DNA of 64,000 bases from Escherichia phage vB_Eco_F27: sequence record OP870146.1; one strand, written 5' to 3'. The translations under genes and the position numbers were made by a program. Below are positions 42,073-51,379 of this stretch, in pieces (position 1 is the first letter of the stretch; every line of letters begins with the position of its first letter). The notes under the pieces were generated by a model. The model saw nothing but the letters and a program-made list of their open reading frames with translations, made no database searches and was not told the origin of the DNA.

Positions 42073-42101
42073 ATATTTATACAAAAAAGCCCCAACCTTT
42101 C
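42073..42101 (-). terminator. intrinsic terminator closing the tRNA/stable-RNA unit (identical to 26805..26832)
   Basis: Minus-strand AGCCCCUUCC-GAAA-GGUUGGGGCU followed by U6. Confidence 0.75.
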
Positions 42102-42144
42102 GGAAGGGGCTATATACCTTGTCGGGGTTTCCACCTACTAAGGC

Positions 42145-42236
42145 AAGTGTTTGTACGAAACGCCGGGATTCGAACCCGGTTATTGAGTAGTTGACGCTAC
42201 TCAATATTTTTAAAAGGCCATATCTCGACCATATCC
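42145..42236 (-). ncRNA. tRNA-like stable RNA (candidate counterpart of T4 rnaC/rnaD species)
   Basis: Has a 7-bp acceptor-like stem (CGGAACG/CGUUUCG), a canonical T arm (CCGGG-UUCGAAU-CCCGG) and a 10-bp hairpin (UAUUGAGUAG-CGUCAA-CUACUCAAUA). No normal anticodon arm is present. Lies at the 3' end of the tRNA unit, as the T4 species 1 and 2 RNAs do. Confidence 0.5.
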
Positions 42237-42410
42237 GAACGTTCCGTCAAAAACGCTACTCGGCTTACGGCAAAGATATTTCCTCGAATCGATAATTCGG
42301 TGCGCCGTTTCTGCTGTGATGTAAGGGGATATTAACAAATCGTAAAGATTTATTAAGACCAGTCCTTACTCAGGGAACATCAGTCCGACGACTTACCGGT
42401 AGCGACCCGG
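42237..42410 (-). ncRNA. non-coding transcribed spacer or second stable RNA candidate
   Basis: 174 nt lacks any ORF and lies between the ORF at 42415 and the tRNA-like RNA. It contains the small hairpin CGAAU-UAUCG-AUUCG. Boundaries unknown. Confidence 0.3.
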
Positions 42411-42414
42411 CTTC

Positions 42415-42759
42415 TTATTTTGGCATATCATCAATTTGCTCTCGACGCCGACGCCATAGATTAATCGCTTCATAAACACATTCTGCGTTTGGTATATGAC
42501 GGCAATAATATAATGATTCGCGTTTCTGGAATCGATGTTGCAATGGGATTTCGTTTAAAAGGTCTTTACGGTCAAAGTATTCAAAACTAGTTAACCCGGA
42601 ACGGTTTTTAATGAACTTCCAATGACCAAATTCATTTTGAACATAGATGTAATCTGCATGTTGGTATAACAAATTAATCAATCGGTCTGAAATAACTGTA
42701 TCATGTTCGTTAAAATAAAACGTTAAATCATGAACTACTAAGTAAACATTACCTTTCAT
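42415..42759 (-). CDS. hypothetical protein embedded in the tRNA region
   Basis: The ATG at 42759 (MKGNVYLVVHD) follows GUGAGGAAAAU. The longer track ORF would overlap tRNA-Arg. Confidence 0.6.
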   Translation of the reverse strand: MKGNVYLVVHDLTFYFNEHDTVISDRLINLLYQHADYIYVQNEFGHWKFIKNRSGLTSFEYFDRKDLLNEIPLQHRFQKRESLYYCRHIPNAECVYEAINLWRRRREQIDDMPK

Positions 42760-42777
42760 ATTTTCCTCACTTAAAAT

Positions 42778-42854
<77 letters not shown>

Positions 42855-42954
42855 ATGATGCGGCTTTGGGTGTTTCAGTGTTACTCGTTTGTAGGTTCTA
42901 CTTTTAACCCTTATTCGAACAACTTACCTACCTAAGAGCGTACTCACCGCGAAT

Positions 42955-43029
42955 TGGTGGCCCTGGCTGGTTTCGATCCAGCTACCTATCAGTTATGAGC
43001 TGACAGCTCTCCCATTGAGCTACAGGGCC
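42955..43029 (-). tRNA. tRNA with CAU anticodon (Ile2-type AUA reader after lysidine modification, or Met)
   Basis: Cloverleaf: GGCCCUG UA GCUC AAUGGGA GAGC U GUCAG CUCAUAA CUGAU AGGUA GCUGG AUCGAAA CCAGC CAGGGCC ACCA. The C4-G69 and C5-G68 pairs and the GCUGG/CCAGC T stem resemble E. coli tRNA-Ile2. The T loop is unusual (A54). Confidence 0.8.
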
Positions 43030-43091
43030 TAAATAAATTTCTATTATGAAAGGCCCTTGAGGGAGCACCTTTGGTAATAGAGGGTAGATTA

Positions 43092-43118
43092 ATAATAACA
43101 CATAATTCTTAAAGCAAA
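43092..43118 (-). promoter_or_regulatory. MotA-dependent middle promoter for the tRNA unit
   Basis: Minus strand: TTTGCTTTA (MotA box), 12 nt, TATTAT, about 60 nt upstream of the first tRNA. Confidence 0.55.
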
Positions 43119-43125
43119 TTACGTT

Positions 43126-43416
43126 TTACCGTACCATATTAATGTAGTTATATTCAATGCAACGTAATTTCAAAGGGTTCTTGAAAATATCATATTCAAG
43201 AGGGCCTTTTTCTGTTTCAATAAAGAAATCAAAGTTAACTGTGTTAAATTTAACGTCTTCACAGAGTAATTTAACTTGTGAAGATGAACGGTCGATATAA
43301 ACCTTTTCAACCTCAAAGATAGTCAGAATACCGTAGTCATTAACCAGTGCTTTAGCTGCACGTTGGTCGCTTTCATATCCGTTCTCAATGGACGATACTT
43401 TAGCATAAAGAATCAT
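43126..43416 (-). CDS. hypothetical protein
   Basis: 96-aa ORF. ATGA overlap with the upstream gene. Confidence 0.6.
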   Translation of the reverse strand: MILYAKVSSIENGYESDQRAAKALVNDYGILTIFEVEKVYIDRSSSQVKLLCEDVKFNTVNFDFFIETEKGPLEYDIFKNPLKLRCIEYNYINMVR

Positions 43417-43775
43417 GAATGTTCCACCATTTCAAAGGTATGAGCATCAACAATATGATACCAGTCAAAATTTTCTTCCGCGTTTTTATAAATTTCGCGA
43501 AGAGCTTCAACAGTTTTTCCTGTAGCAACAAGATCGTCAATACCACCAAGAGGATAACAGTAATAACCAGCAAACAGAAGGAAATTAATAGTTTCTGTAG
43601 GTTCTGGATGCAGAACACCGTTATCGTCTACCACTTCAAAGAAAGTGTAAGAAGGAGTACAAGTTTTAATCCAAGCCCATGCTTGAGCTGCTGAATCAAA
43701 TGGTCTGCGTATCAAACGACAATCAGGGTCTTTAGAAGGATTTGCTTCAAAATCCGCATATACGTGATATTTCAT
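43413..43775 (-). CDS. hypothetical protein
   Basis: The ATG at 43775 (MKYHVYADFEANP) follows GGUGAGUAAA. Confidence 0.6.
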   Translation of the reverse strand: MKYHVYADFEANPSKDPDCRLIRRPFDSAAQAWAWIKTCTPSYTFFEVVDDNGVLHPEPTETINFLLFAGYYCYPLGGIDDLVATGKTVEALREIYKNAEENFDWYHIVDAHTFEMVEHS

Positions 43776-43776
43776 T

Positions 43777-43983
43777 TTACTCACCTTTTGCAATTTTATC
43801 CATAACGATAGCGATTAAGCCGATTAGAAATGCTACTACCAATGAGATAGAGTTTTCAGTTGTTGTCAGTAGTCCACAAATGAATCCTACAAACATCGAA
43901 AAACTAAAAGCCATTGAAGCAATTACTACAGCAACATTACGAATCAGTTCAGCGCGTTTCATTTTATTTCTCCATTTACTCAT
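43777..43983 (-). CDS. small membrane protein
   Basis: 68 aa with two hydrophobic helices (VAVVIASMAFSFSMFVGFICGLL, SLVVAFLIGLIAIVM). Confidence 0.6.
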   Translation of the reverse strand: MSKWRNKMKRAELIRNVAVVIASMAFSFSMFVGFICGLLTTTENSISLVVAFLIGLIAIVMDKIAKGE

Positions 43984-43999
43984 TTGTTTTGATAGGACT

Positions 44000-44029
44000 A
44001 CTATAACATATCCCTATAGGCTTGTATAC
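44000..44029 (-). promoter_or_regulatory. early promoter cassette (PeSL type)
   Basis: Minus strand: GTATAC, 18 nt, TATAGT. Inverted repeat ATAGGGATA/TAGTCCTAT. Confidence 0.55.
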
Positions 44030-44031
44030 CT

Positions 44032-44295
44032 TTATTTCAAATATATTGCGTATTTTTTATAGCCACCAGGCTCGTGTCGAAGACCTTTATCATTCGCAAA
44101 ACGTTGAATGTTATTGAACTGATTTTCATCAAGTTCGGATGTGTCAAATATGAAAAAGTTTCGTTTGTTGCCAAGCGTGATATGCGGAGTTAAGTCAATG
44201 TTATACAAATTAAGAATATCAGCAATAACCTGATTGACCGCTTTGTTAATTTTCACACCAGACGATTCTGAGATGAATTCGTTGAAAGTTTTCAT
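44032..44295 (-). CDS. capsid-targeted internal protein (IP-E)
   Basis: From the ATG at 44295 the N-terminus is MKTFNEFISE-S (CTS plus I-x-E site). 87 aa. Sits at the ipI locus next to 57B. Confidence 0.65.
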   Translation of the reverse strand: MKTFNEFISESSGVKINKAVNQVIADILNLYNIDLTPHITLGNKRNFFIFDTSELDENQFNNIQRFANDKGLRHEPGGYKKYAIYLK

Positions 44296-44327
44296 TTTAG
44301 GTTCCATTTGGTTGTTTTGATAGGACT

Positions 44328-44357
44328 ACTATAACATAATCCTATCGTGTTGTAAAT
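44328..44357 (-). promoter_or_regulatory. early promoter cassette (PeSL type)
   Basis: Minus strand: ATTTAC, 18 nt, TATAGT. Inverted repeat GATAGGATTA/TAGTCCTATC. Confidence 0.6.
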
Positions 44358-44668
44358 TATTTTATGCCTTTAGAAGAAATGGTGTTTTGGCGTTTGGTCC
44401 CTGTTTGTGAAAAATCGTGGTTATCGATTTGGTCGACTCGCATAACACCAAATGCAGATTTAATTTTAGCCTTTGAACCTTTTTTGATACTAATTATCAT
44501 ATAAGTATCATTTTTCTTATATTCGAAATTTGTTACTTCAACGCCTTGATTAGAAATTGACTTAATAATAGCATTAGCGTATTCATCATCTAACGGACCG
44601 GTGGTGTTAATAATAAAATTTTTATCGGCTTTAGTAGCTTCAGCGATAAACTCTTGATAAGTTTTCAT
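44357..44668 (-). CDS. capsid-targeted internal protein (IP-F, ipI position)
   Basis: From the ATG at 44668 the N-terminus is MKTYQEFIAE-A, the canonical T4 CTS. 103 aa. The longer track ORF runs through the promoter. Confidence 0.7.
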   Translation of the reverse strand: MKTYQEFIAEATKADKNFIINTTGPLDDEYANAIIKSISNQGVEVTNFEYKKNDTYMIISIKKGSKAKIKSAFGVMRVDQIDNHDFSQTGTKRQNTISSKGIK

Positions 44669-44704
44669 TTGTTTTTTCCGTTTGGTTTGAGATTTGATAG
44701 GATG

Positions 44705-44734
44705 ATAGTAACACACCATCATCCTTATGTAAAC
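44705..44734 (-). promoter_or_regulatory. early promoter cassette (PeSL type)
   Basis: Minus strand: GTTTAC, 18 nt, TACTAT. Inverted repeat AGGATGAT/ATCATCCT. Confidence 0.65.
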
Positions 44735-44747
44735 TGTTTTGTGAAAA

Positions 44748-45433
<686 letters not shown>

Positions 45434-45437
45434 TTTA

Positions 45438-46172
45438 TTACCTTAAGATTGTTTCAATTTTAGAATAAAGCTCTTCTAAAGAGCCGTCGTTTGTAATAAC
45501 TAAATCGCCTTCTTCAATAGGCAACCCAGCTTCTGTAATATGTTTATCAGTGGATTCCGTACCAGAGCGAACCACATGAATAACTGTAGCACCCATCGCT
45601 CTAGCGGTTTCCATTTCATGGACTTGGCGTGTATCGGTTACAACATAGTAATCGAAATCACTTCCAATATAATCCATATAGTTTAATGCAAAAAGCTTAA
45701 CCCAATACATACGGTCAAATAAATTAACGACAACATCCGTACCGAGGGCTTGCATAAGACGGCGGATTGACCATGTGTCGTTGATATTATTTATAGCTTC
45801 ACGCAGGGCTTCATATGGTTTAATATCTAGATATGAATACCCACCTTCTAATGATGATAATACTTTAACATTATTAATTGGTAAATATTGACTTTGTAAA
45901 TAAATTAGCGCTTCTTCCAATAATTCAATAACATCCAACTTATTGATATTTAATGGTGTTTCACGGTCATATCCGACACCTTCAAAGTATTCGTATTTCA
46001 ACTCTGTGAATACATCAGGATCTTCAGCATGTTTACGTCCCCAGGCTATTGCTAGAGCGTCTTTAATCGGATATGCCAATTGGTATTTTACGGATTTAAA
46101 GTTTGAATTGATGTAATCAGCAGTAGTGTCTTTACCACTACGTTTGATGCCGCTTAAAAAGATTAGCTCCAT
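45438..46172 (-). CDS. 1: deoxynucleoside monophosphate kinase gp1
   Basis: 244 aa. P-loop LSGIKRSGKDT. WSIRRLMQALGTD...RMYWVKLFAL...DTRQ.HEM..ARAMGATVIHVVR...ITNDGSLEEL matches T4 gp1. Confidence 0.92.
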   Translation of the reverse strand: MELIFLSGIKRSGKDTTADYINSNFKSVKYQLAYPIKDALAIAWGRKHAEDPDVFTELKYEYFEGVGYDRETPLNINKLDVIELLEEALIYLQSQYLPINNVKVLSSLEGGYSYLDIKPYEALREAINNINDTWSIRRLMQALGTDVVVNLFDRMYWVKLFALNYMDYIGSDFDYYVVTDTRQVHEMETARAMGATVIHVVRSGTESTDKHITEAGLPIEEGDLVITNDGSLEELYSKIETILR

Positions 46173-46225
46173 AGGTTTTCCTCATATAATTTATGAGTGA
46201 TTATAACATACGGAGCTAGAAGCGA

Positions 46226-46810
46226 TTAACGCAAAGAAGGGTGTCTAGAAATGGATTTAGATTCGGCTGCCTGACGTGGTTGTTGAGATACAATGACTTC
46301 ACCATCTTTTTCTATCGTCATATACGCATAGTGAATAGTTGCTACGCACGTAACAGCAGGGTCAGAGTCTTCAGTGTAACTAAATTCAATTTCACTCAAA
46401 TCAGAAATCCATGGTTTATAGAAATTTGCCGTCAAAACGACTTCAGTCTTATTGTTGTTTAAAATGTGCAAAGTAACAAACTCAGGACCATCGGAGTGGG
46501 CTGTATTATGTCCGGTTATATAGTTATTAGTGCTGAGCATCCATTTATACATGTTCATCCAGGACGTCATGTCTTCATCAACTATAAATCGTACAACAAA
46601 AGGGTCATATTCAAATGTGGTGCCTGCACGCATTGCACGCCCTAACCCCATTGTGCCTGTCACAGTTTCAACAACAGGAATTCTCACACCTGGCAATGGT
46701 GCCGTTTGGGCATTGAGCACAAAACCTGAAGTTCGTGTACTATCCGGGATATCCACAACAAAGTTTGTTATATTTGTTTGGTTAAAAATCTGTCTCGTTG
46801 GACGAGTCAT
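46226..46810 (-). CDS. 3: tail completion / tail-tube terminator gp3
   Basis: ORF between genes 1 and 2 in the T4 gene 3 position. The ATG at 46810 follows GAGGUGCUU. Called mainly by synteny. Confidence 0.7.
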   Translation of the reverse strand: MTRPTRQIFNQTNITNFVVDIPDSTRTSGFVLNAQTAPLPGVRIPVVETVTGTMGLGRAMRAGTTFEYDPFVVRFIVDEDMTSWMNMYKWMLSTNNYITGHNTAHSDGPEFVTLHILNNNKTEVVLTANFYKPWISDLSEIEFSYTEDSDPAVTCVATIHYAYMTIEKDGEVIVSQQPRQAAESKSISRHPSLR

Positions 46811-46912
46811 AAGCACCTCAAAAACGCTTTAATAAAAATGCAGTATAATGGTTTTAGGTCTCTTCCATTAATCTGGTTCAACAGAATATCAGAAGAACGG
46901 AAGAGAATAGAA

Positions 46913-47734
46913 TTAAGATTTCCAAACAGTATTCGCAGAGAAACGTTTTCCTTTTGACATAAACTGCTGAGTAGGTAACATGATTATGTTAGCCCAGTCT
47001 TTAGGAGCTATTTCTGTTATTGTTCCTCTAATGTGGCCTGGCAGGTATGCTTTAATCATTTTGTCAGCACCTTGAAATCCTTTCACCTTGCTCCAGTCTA
47101 TCTTCAACTTTGTGTTATTAGTAATAGTAGTTGTGCTAGCGTATTGCTTCAGCAATTCTTCAAGAAACTGTTGACGTGCTTTAGGTGGGATATAGTGCAA
47201 GTTTAACCCGTACATCAAATTATGTTTACCTAATCCCAAATAAATAATTAAAGGATATCGGTCCCAGTATGGCAGAGTATCTTTATGTTTAGCATCATAC
47301 ATGTAAGTATAAATTTTGCCTGGCGTAGGCTTGACTACTTTATGACCCTTTACACTTTTCTTAATTGTTTCAGCAAACCACTTAGATGATTTGTTGTTTA
47401 CTGCTGCGCCTTCATTTCTAATCTTTTCTCGTATTGAACTGCGAAACGAGTTTATCATCAGAAGTTGACGTTCTTGCTTATTGAGTTTATTTTTAGGTTT
47501 AGATTCAAGCGTTTCAATTTTCTGTGCAGTCTTAATAGATGATGCATATCTAGACATTGCGGATGTAAACGACGAGTATTTTATTCCTTTTGATTCTGCA
47601 AATGCTTTTGCAGTGATTCCTTTCTCTTTAGCTTTCTTGTATTCTAATCCTATCTCAATCCATTTTCTTTCATTCATAGACTGAGCAATCTTAGGGGCTT
47701 GTACGCCTTCAGATATAATTTGGAATATGCTCAT
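46913..47734 (-). CDS. 2: DNA end-protector protein gp2
   Basis: 273 aa (about 274 in T4). Sits between genes 3 and 4. Confidence 0.8.
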   Translation of the reverse strand: MSIFQIISEGVQAPKIAQSMNERKWIEIGLEYKKAKEKGITAKAFAESKGIKYSSFTSAMSRYASSIKTAQKIETLESKPKNKLNKQERQLLMINSFRSSIREKIRNEGAAVNNKSSKWFAETIKKSVKGHKVVKPTPGKIYTYMYDAKHKDTLPYWDRYPLIIYLGLGKHNLMYGLNLHYIPPKARQQFLEELLKQYASTTTITNNTKLKIDWSKVKGFQGADKMIKAYLPGHIRGTITEIAPKDWANIIMLPTQQFMSKGKRFSANTVWKS

Positions 47735-47736
47735 AA

Positions 47737-48186
47737 TTACCCCTTGTATCCGAGTTTTCTAAGACCATCTTCGGTTAGAACTCGAAATTTTATATTTCTC
47801 TTTTCAGCAACAGCTGAGGCAGCTTTCCATTTGTCACAGTTCACAGACCACGTGTAGATTTCATTCATATAACGTTTCTTTGCTGCAGTCGTAAGATTTG
47901 CAGGCTTAATAGGTGGTTGAGTTTCTTTCTTTGGTTTTATTTCTACAAAGAACTCTTGACCTGATGCATCTTTCATCCATATGTCCATATAGTATCGACG
48001 TTTCTTACCTTCAGCATTACAAAAATATGGAATTACTGCTGTTTCACTACCCCATGCAATAATTTCTGGATTTTTATCTAACCATTCGAAAAAGAATTTT
48101 TCCCAGTTTGAACGATACGTTATTTTGGTATGGTCTCCACGGTATTTTTTTAAATTTTTTGGGACCCATTTACCAGAGTAGGCCAT
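47737..48186 (-). CDS. 4: head completion protein gp4
   Basis: From the ATG at 48186 the product reads [53 protein letters not shown], near-identical to T4 gp4. Confidence 0.92.
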   Translation of the reverse strand: MAYSGKWVPKNLKKYRGDHTKITYRSNWEKFFFEWLDKNPEIIAWGSETAVIPYFCNAEGKKRRYYMDIWMKDASGQEFFVEIKPKKETQPPIKPANLTTAAKKRYMNEIYTWSVNCDKWKAASAVAEKRNIKFRVLTEDGLRKLGYKG

Positions 48187-48197
48187 GTTGTCCTCCT

Positions 48198-48205
48198 TAT
48201 AAATA
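48198..48205 (+). promoter_or_regulatory. late promoter (TATAAATA) for gene 53 and the baseplate operon
   Basis: Exact TATAAATA 43 nt upstream of the gene 53 start. Confidence 0.75.
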
Positions 48206-48212
48206 GTATTAT

Positions 48213-48220
48213 TATTTATA
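48213..48220 (-). promoter_or_regulatory. late promoter (TATAAATA) for genes 4, 2, 3
   Basis: Exact minus-strand TATAAATA 27 nt upstream of the gene 4 ATG, divergent from the gene 53 promoter. Confidence 0.75.
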
Positions 48221-48247
48221 CCAATTTCATATTGGAAGGAGACTATC

Positions 48248-48823
48248 TTGTTATTTACATTCTTCGACCCAATAGGATATAGTGCTAAAACAGTTAATAA
48301 GAATGCACCTACTATTCCTATGACAGACATATTTCGTAATTATAAAGAGTACTTTAAGCGTGTGGCTGCCAATTATAGATTACGTTCTTATTATATTAAA
48401 GGCTCTCCACGTCCTGAAGAACTAGCGAATATCATTTATGGCAACCCGCAATTATACTGGGTTCTTTTGATGTGTAATGATAACTATGATCCGTATTATG
48501 GTTGGATTACATCTCAGGAAGCAGCGTATCAAGCTTCTATTCAGAAATATGCTAATGCCGGCGGCGACCAAATTCTTTATCATATTAACGAGAACCGTGA
48601 GAAATTTTACAATTTAGTTTCATATCCTGACGAGCCTTTAGTGTGGTACGATAAAGGTGATGAAGCTCGTAAGTATCCGCAATATAAAGGACCTTTAGCT
48701 GCAGTAGATATTTATGAAGCGGCTGTATTAGATAACGAAAAACTTCGTAAAATAAAAATTGTTGCAAAAGAAGATATAAACTCGTTTATTACTGATTTGA
48801 TTCGTGAGATGGAGATTGCATAA
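48248..48823 (+). CDS. 53: baseplate wedge protein gp53
   Basis: MLFTFFDPIGYSAKTVNKNAPTIPMTDIFRNYK matches T4 gp53. The start codon here is TTG, preceded by GGAGACUAUC. Confidence 0.9.
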   Translation: MLFTFFDPIGYSAKTVNKNAPTIPMTDIFRNYKEYFKRVAANYRLRSYYIKGSPRPEELANIIYGNPQLYWVLLMCNDNYDPYYGWITSQEAAYQASIQKYANAGGDQILYHINENREKFYNLVSYPDEPLVWYDKGDEARKYPQYKGPLAAVDIYEAAVLDNEKLRKIKIVAKEDINSFITDLIREMEIA

Positions 48824-50556
48824 TGGAAATGATTAGCAGTAGCCTTAATTGGTTCGTGGGTGTTGTCGAGGACAGAATGGACCCATTAAAACAAGGGCGA
48901 GTTCGAGTTCGAGTCGTTGGTCTTCATCCAGCACAGAGAGCACAAGGTGATGTACAAGGTATTCCTACAGAAAAACTTCCATGGATGACTGTTATTCAAC
49001 CTATTACGTCTGCATCAATGTCAGGTATTGGTGGTTCTGTTACAGGTCCTGTTGAAGGAACTCGAGTATATGGTCATTTCTTAGACAAATGGAAAACAAA
49101 CGGGATTGTACTTGGTACATACGGCGGAATCGTACGTGAAAAGCCTAATAGACTTGAAGGTTTTTCAGACCCGACAGGCCAATATCCGCGACGTTTAGGT
49201 AATGATACGAACGTATTAAACCAAGGTGGTGAAGCTGGTTATTATTCGAACTCTAACGTAATTCAAGATAACAACTTGGATTATGGTATAAACCCAGACG
49301 ATACAGATTTAGCAAATATTCCAGAAGATGATGACCCTAATTTTACAATAACAGAAATGTTACGTCGTGACGAAGGTCTTCGTGATAAAGTGTATTGGGA
49401 CCATCTCGGATATCCTACCGTAGGTATTGGACACCTTATCGTAATGGAAAAGACCAGAGATATGTCTCGAATTAATAAATTGTTATCCGATCAAGTAGGG
49501 CGTGAAGTAACAGGAAATCCGGGAACTATTACATTAGAAGAAGCAACAGCGTTATTTGAGAAAGACCTTGCTAAGATGCAGAAAGACATTCGTTCTAATT
49601 CTAAAGTAGGTCCTGTTTATGCTAAAATGAACAGGTCTCGTCAAATGGCATTAGAAAACATGTGTTTCCAAATGGGCGTTGGTGGTGTAGCAAAATTCAA
49701 TACTATGCTTAAAGCAATGGCCACAGGCGATTGGAAAACTGCATACAAATCTGGACGCGATTCATTATGGTTCCAACAGACTAAAGGACGCGCTTCACGT
49801 GTAACAACAATTATTTTAACCGGTAACATGGAATCATACGGTGTTCCTGTTAAAACTCCGCCTTCACCAGGAGTTGGTGCCGATTTAGTTACTAGAAATA
49901 CCGATCCAGAAGACCCGGCCGGTCCTCCTGTTCCATTAGATTCACGTATCCTTTTTAAAGAACCAGAATCAAGTTATCGTGGTGAGTATCCATACGTTCA
50001 TGCTATGGAAACAGAAAGTGGTCATATCCAAGAATTTGACGATACTCCAGGTAATGAACGTTATCGCTTAGTTCATCCAACAGGGTCATATGAGGAAGTT
50101 TCTCCATCCGGCCGTCGTACTCGTAAAACTGTAGAAGACCTTTTTGACATCACTAATGGCGATGGGAACTTTTTGATTTCTGGCGATAAGCTTGTTAACG
50201 TTGGTGCTAATGAAATATATTATAACATGGCAGACCGCCTCCATCAAATAGACGGCAATGACACAATCTTTATTCGTGGTAACCAATCTAAAACTGTTGA
50301 AGGCGATGGAACTCTTTACGTTAAGGGTAATATCAAAATAGTTGTTGACGGAAATGCAGATATTCTTGTTAAAGGTGATGCTAAAACTCAGGTCGAAGGG
50401 AATCATGATTACACCGTCAACGGAAACGTTAAATGGACTGTTAATGGTAATGTTGATATGACTGTTGCCGGGGATTGGGCAGAAACAATGTCTACAATGA
50501 GCTCAGTAGCTTCAGGACAATACACCGTTGACGGATCTCGTATTGATATTGGGTAA
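48823..50556 (+). CDS. 5: baseplate hub / cell-puncturing device with lysozyme domain gp5
   Basis: 577 aa. N-terminal OB domain (VGVVEDRMDPLKQGRVRVRV), central T4-lysozyme-like domain (EMLRRDEGLRDKVYWDHLGYPTVGIGHL) and C-terminal VxGxxxxx beta-helix repeats. Confidence 0.95.
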   Translation: MEMISSSLNWFVGVVEDRMDPLKQGRVRVRVVGLHPAQRAQGDVQGIPTEKLPWMTVIQPITSASMSGIGGSVTGPVEGTRVYGHFLDKWKTNGIVLGTYGGIVREKPNRLEGFSDPTGQYPRRLGNDTNVLNQGGEAGYYSNSNVIQDNNLDYGINPDDTDLANIPEDDDPNFTITEMLRRDEGLRDKVYWDHLGYPTVGIGHLIVMEKTRDMSRINKLLSDQVGREVTGNPGTITLEEATALFEKDLAKMQKDIRSNSKVGPVYAKMNRSRQMALENMCFQMGVGGVAKFNTMLKAMATGDWKTAYKSGRDSLWFQQTKGRASRVTTIILTGNMESYGVPVKTPPSPGVGADLVTRNTDPEDPAGPPVPLDSRILFKEPESSYRGEYPYVHAMETESGHIQEFDDTPGNERYRLVHPTGSYEEVSPSGRRTRKTVEDLFDITNGDGNFLISGDKLVNVGANEIYYNMADRLHQIDGNDTIFIRGNQSKTVEGDGTLYVKGNIKIVVDGNADILVKGDAKTQVEGNHDYTVNGNVKWTVNGNVDMTVAGDWAETMSTMSSVASGQYTVDGSRIDIG

Positions 50557-50559
50557 TAT

Positions 50560-51075
50560 ATGGCACAAATACTTCCTTTAAATACCGACTTAGGAGAAGA
50601 CATGGAAGGGGCGTCTATTGACGTCCTTTTTACTCCACAGTTAGAAACAACCGAAACTTTAGTGTCAATAAATATAACAGATTATGAACCGACACAAGGC
50701 ATTACGGTAGATGGTAATCGTTTATATGGAACATATGAAAGTGTGTTTAGCTTTTCTTCGGACGCATTGAAATACCGATTAAATGATGATTTTGAAACTG
50801 CATCTTCATGGGATGATTTACCAAAAGATGAGTCTACACAGTTATATTTGTGGAGAGCTCCTCAGAATCTTCGTAAAGTGTTTAGTTATACGGTTGAAAT
50901 GATTTATAACTACCAAGAAGAAAGTTCATCAGGCGGTTCTAGAAGTGACTCTGGTACAGAACCTCCACCGGCTCCAGTACAAAAAACTCTTACTAAGGTT
51001 TATACAAAAACTATAGTAGGAAATTGGAGCAAATGGGCTCATCAATTACGAAACTATGTTTATGTGAGGCCGTGA
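50560..51075 (+). CDS. 5.1: gp5.1 (baseplate-operon protein of unknown function)
   Basis: 171-aa ORF directly after gene 5, as in T4. Confidence 0.75.
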   Translation: MAQILPLNTDLGEDMEGASIDVLFTPQLETTETLVSINITDYEPTQGITVDGNRLYGTYESVFSFSSDALKYRLNDDFETASSWDDLPKDESTQLYLWRAPQNLRKVFSYTVEMIYNYQEESSSGGSRSDSGTEPPPAPVQKTLTKVYTKTIVGNWSKWAHQLRNYVYVRP

Positions 51076-51077
51076 AA

Positions 51078-51371
51078 ATGTCTGGCTTAAGTTACGACAA
51101 GTGCGTTACAACAGGTCATAAAGCATGGCCTCCTACTGTAATAAATGCTTCCCAATCTAAAGTGTTCACCGGCGGTATTCCTGTTCTTGTGGCAGGAGAC
51201 CAAATAACACCTCATACAGAAATTAAAAAACCATACGAGACTCATGGAGGTGTTACTGAACCTCGTACATCTAAAGTATACGTCACCGGTAAAAAGGCCG
51301 TTCAAATGGCTGACCCAATTTCATGCGGGGATACTGTTTCTCAGGCCTCGTCAAAAGTCTTTATAAAATAG
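51078..51371 (+). CDS. 5.4: PAAR-repeat spike-tip protein gp5.4
   Basis: From the ATG at 51078 the product is 97 aa as in T4 gp5.4. [14 protein letters not shown]...[10 protein letters not shown]...HGG... Confidence 0.85.
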   Translation: MSGLSYDKCVTTGHKAWPPTVINASQSKVFTGGIPVLVAGDQITPHTEIKKPYETHGGVTEPRTSKVYVTGKKAVQMADPISCGDTVSQASSKVFIK

Positions 51372-51379
51372 GAATTAAA

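Noticed and set aside
42855-42954. Possible third tRNA between the two tRNA genes
   Set aside because: It contains GTTCGAAT and a 6-bp stem, but I could not fold acceptor, D, anticodon and T arms. It is treated as spacer or a decayed tRNA.
51362-51369. TATAAAAT upstream of gene 6 as a late promoter
   Set aside because: It has one mismatch to the strict TATAAATA late consensus, and gene 6 can be read through from gene 53. The support is insufficient.
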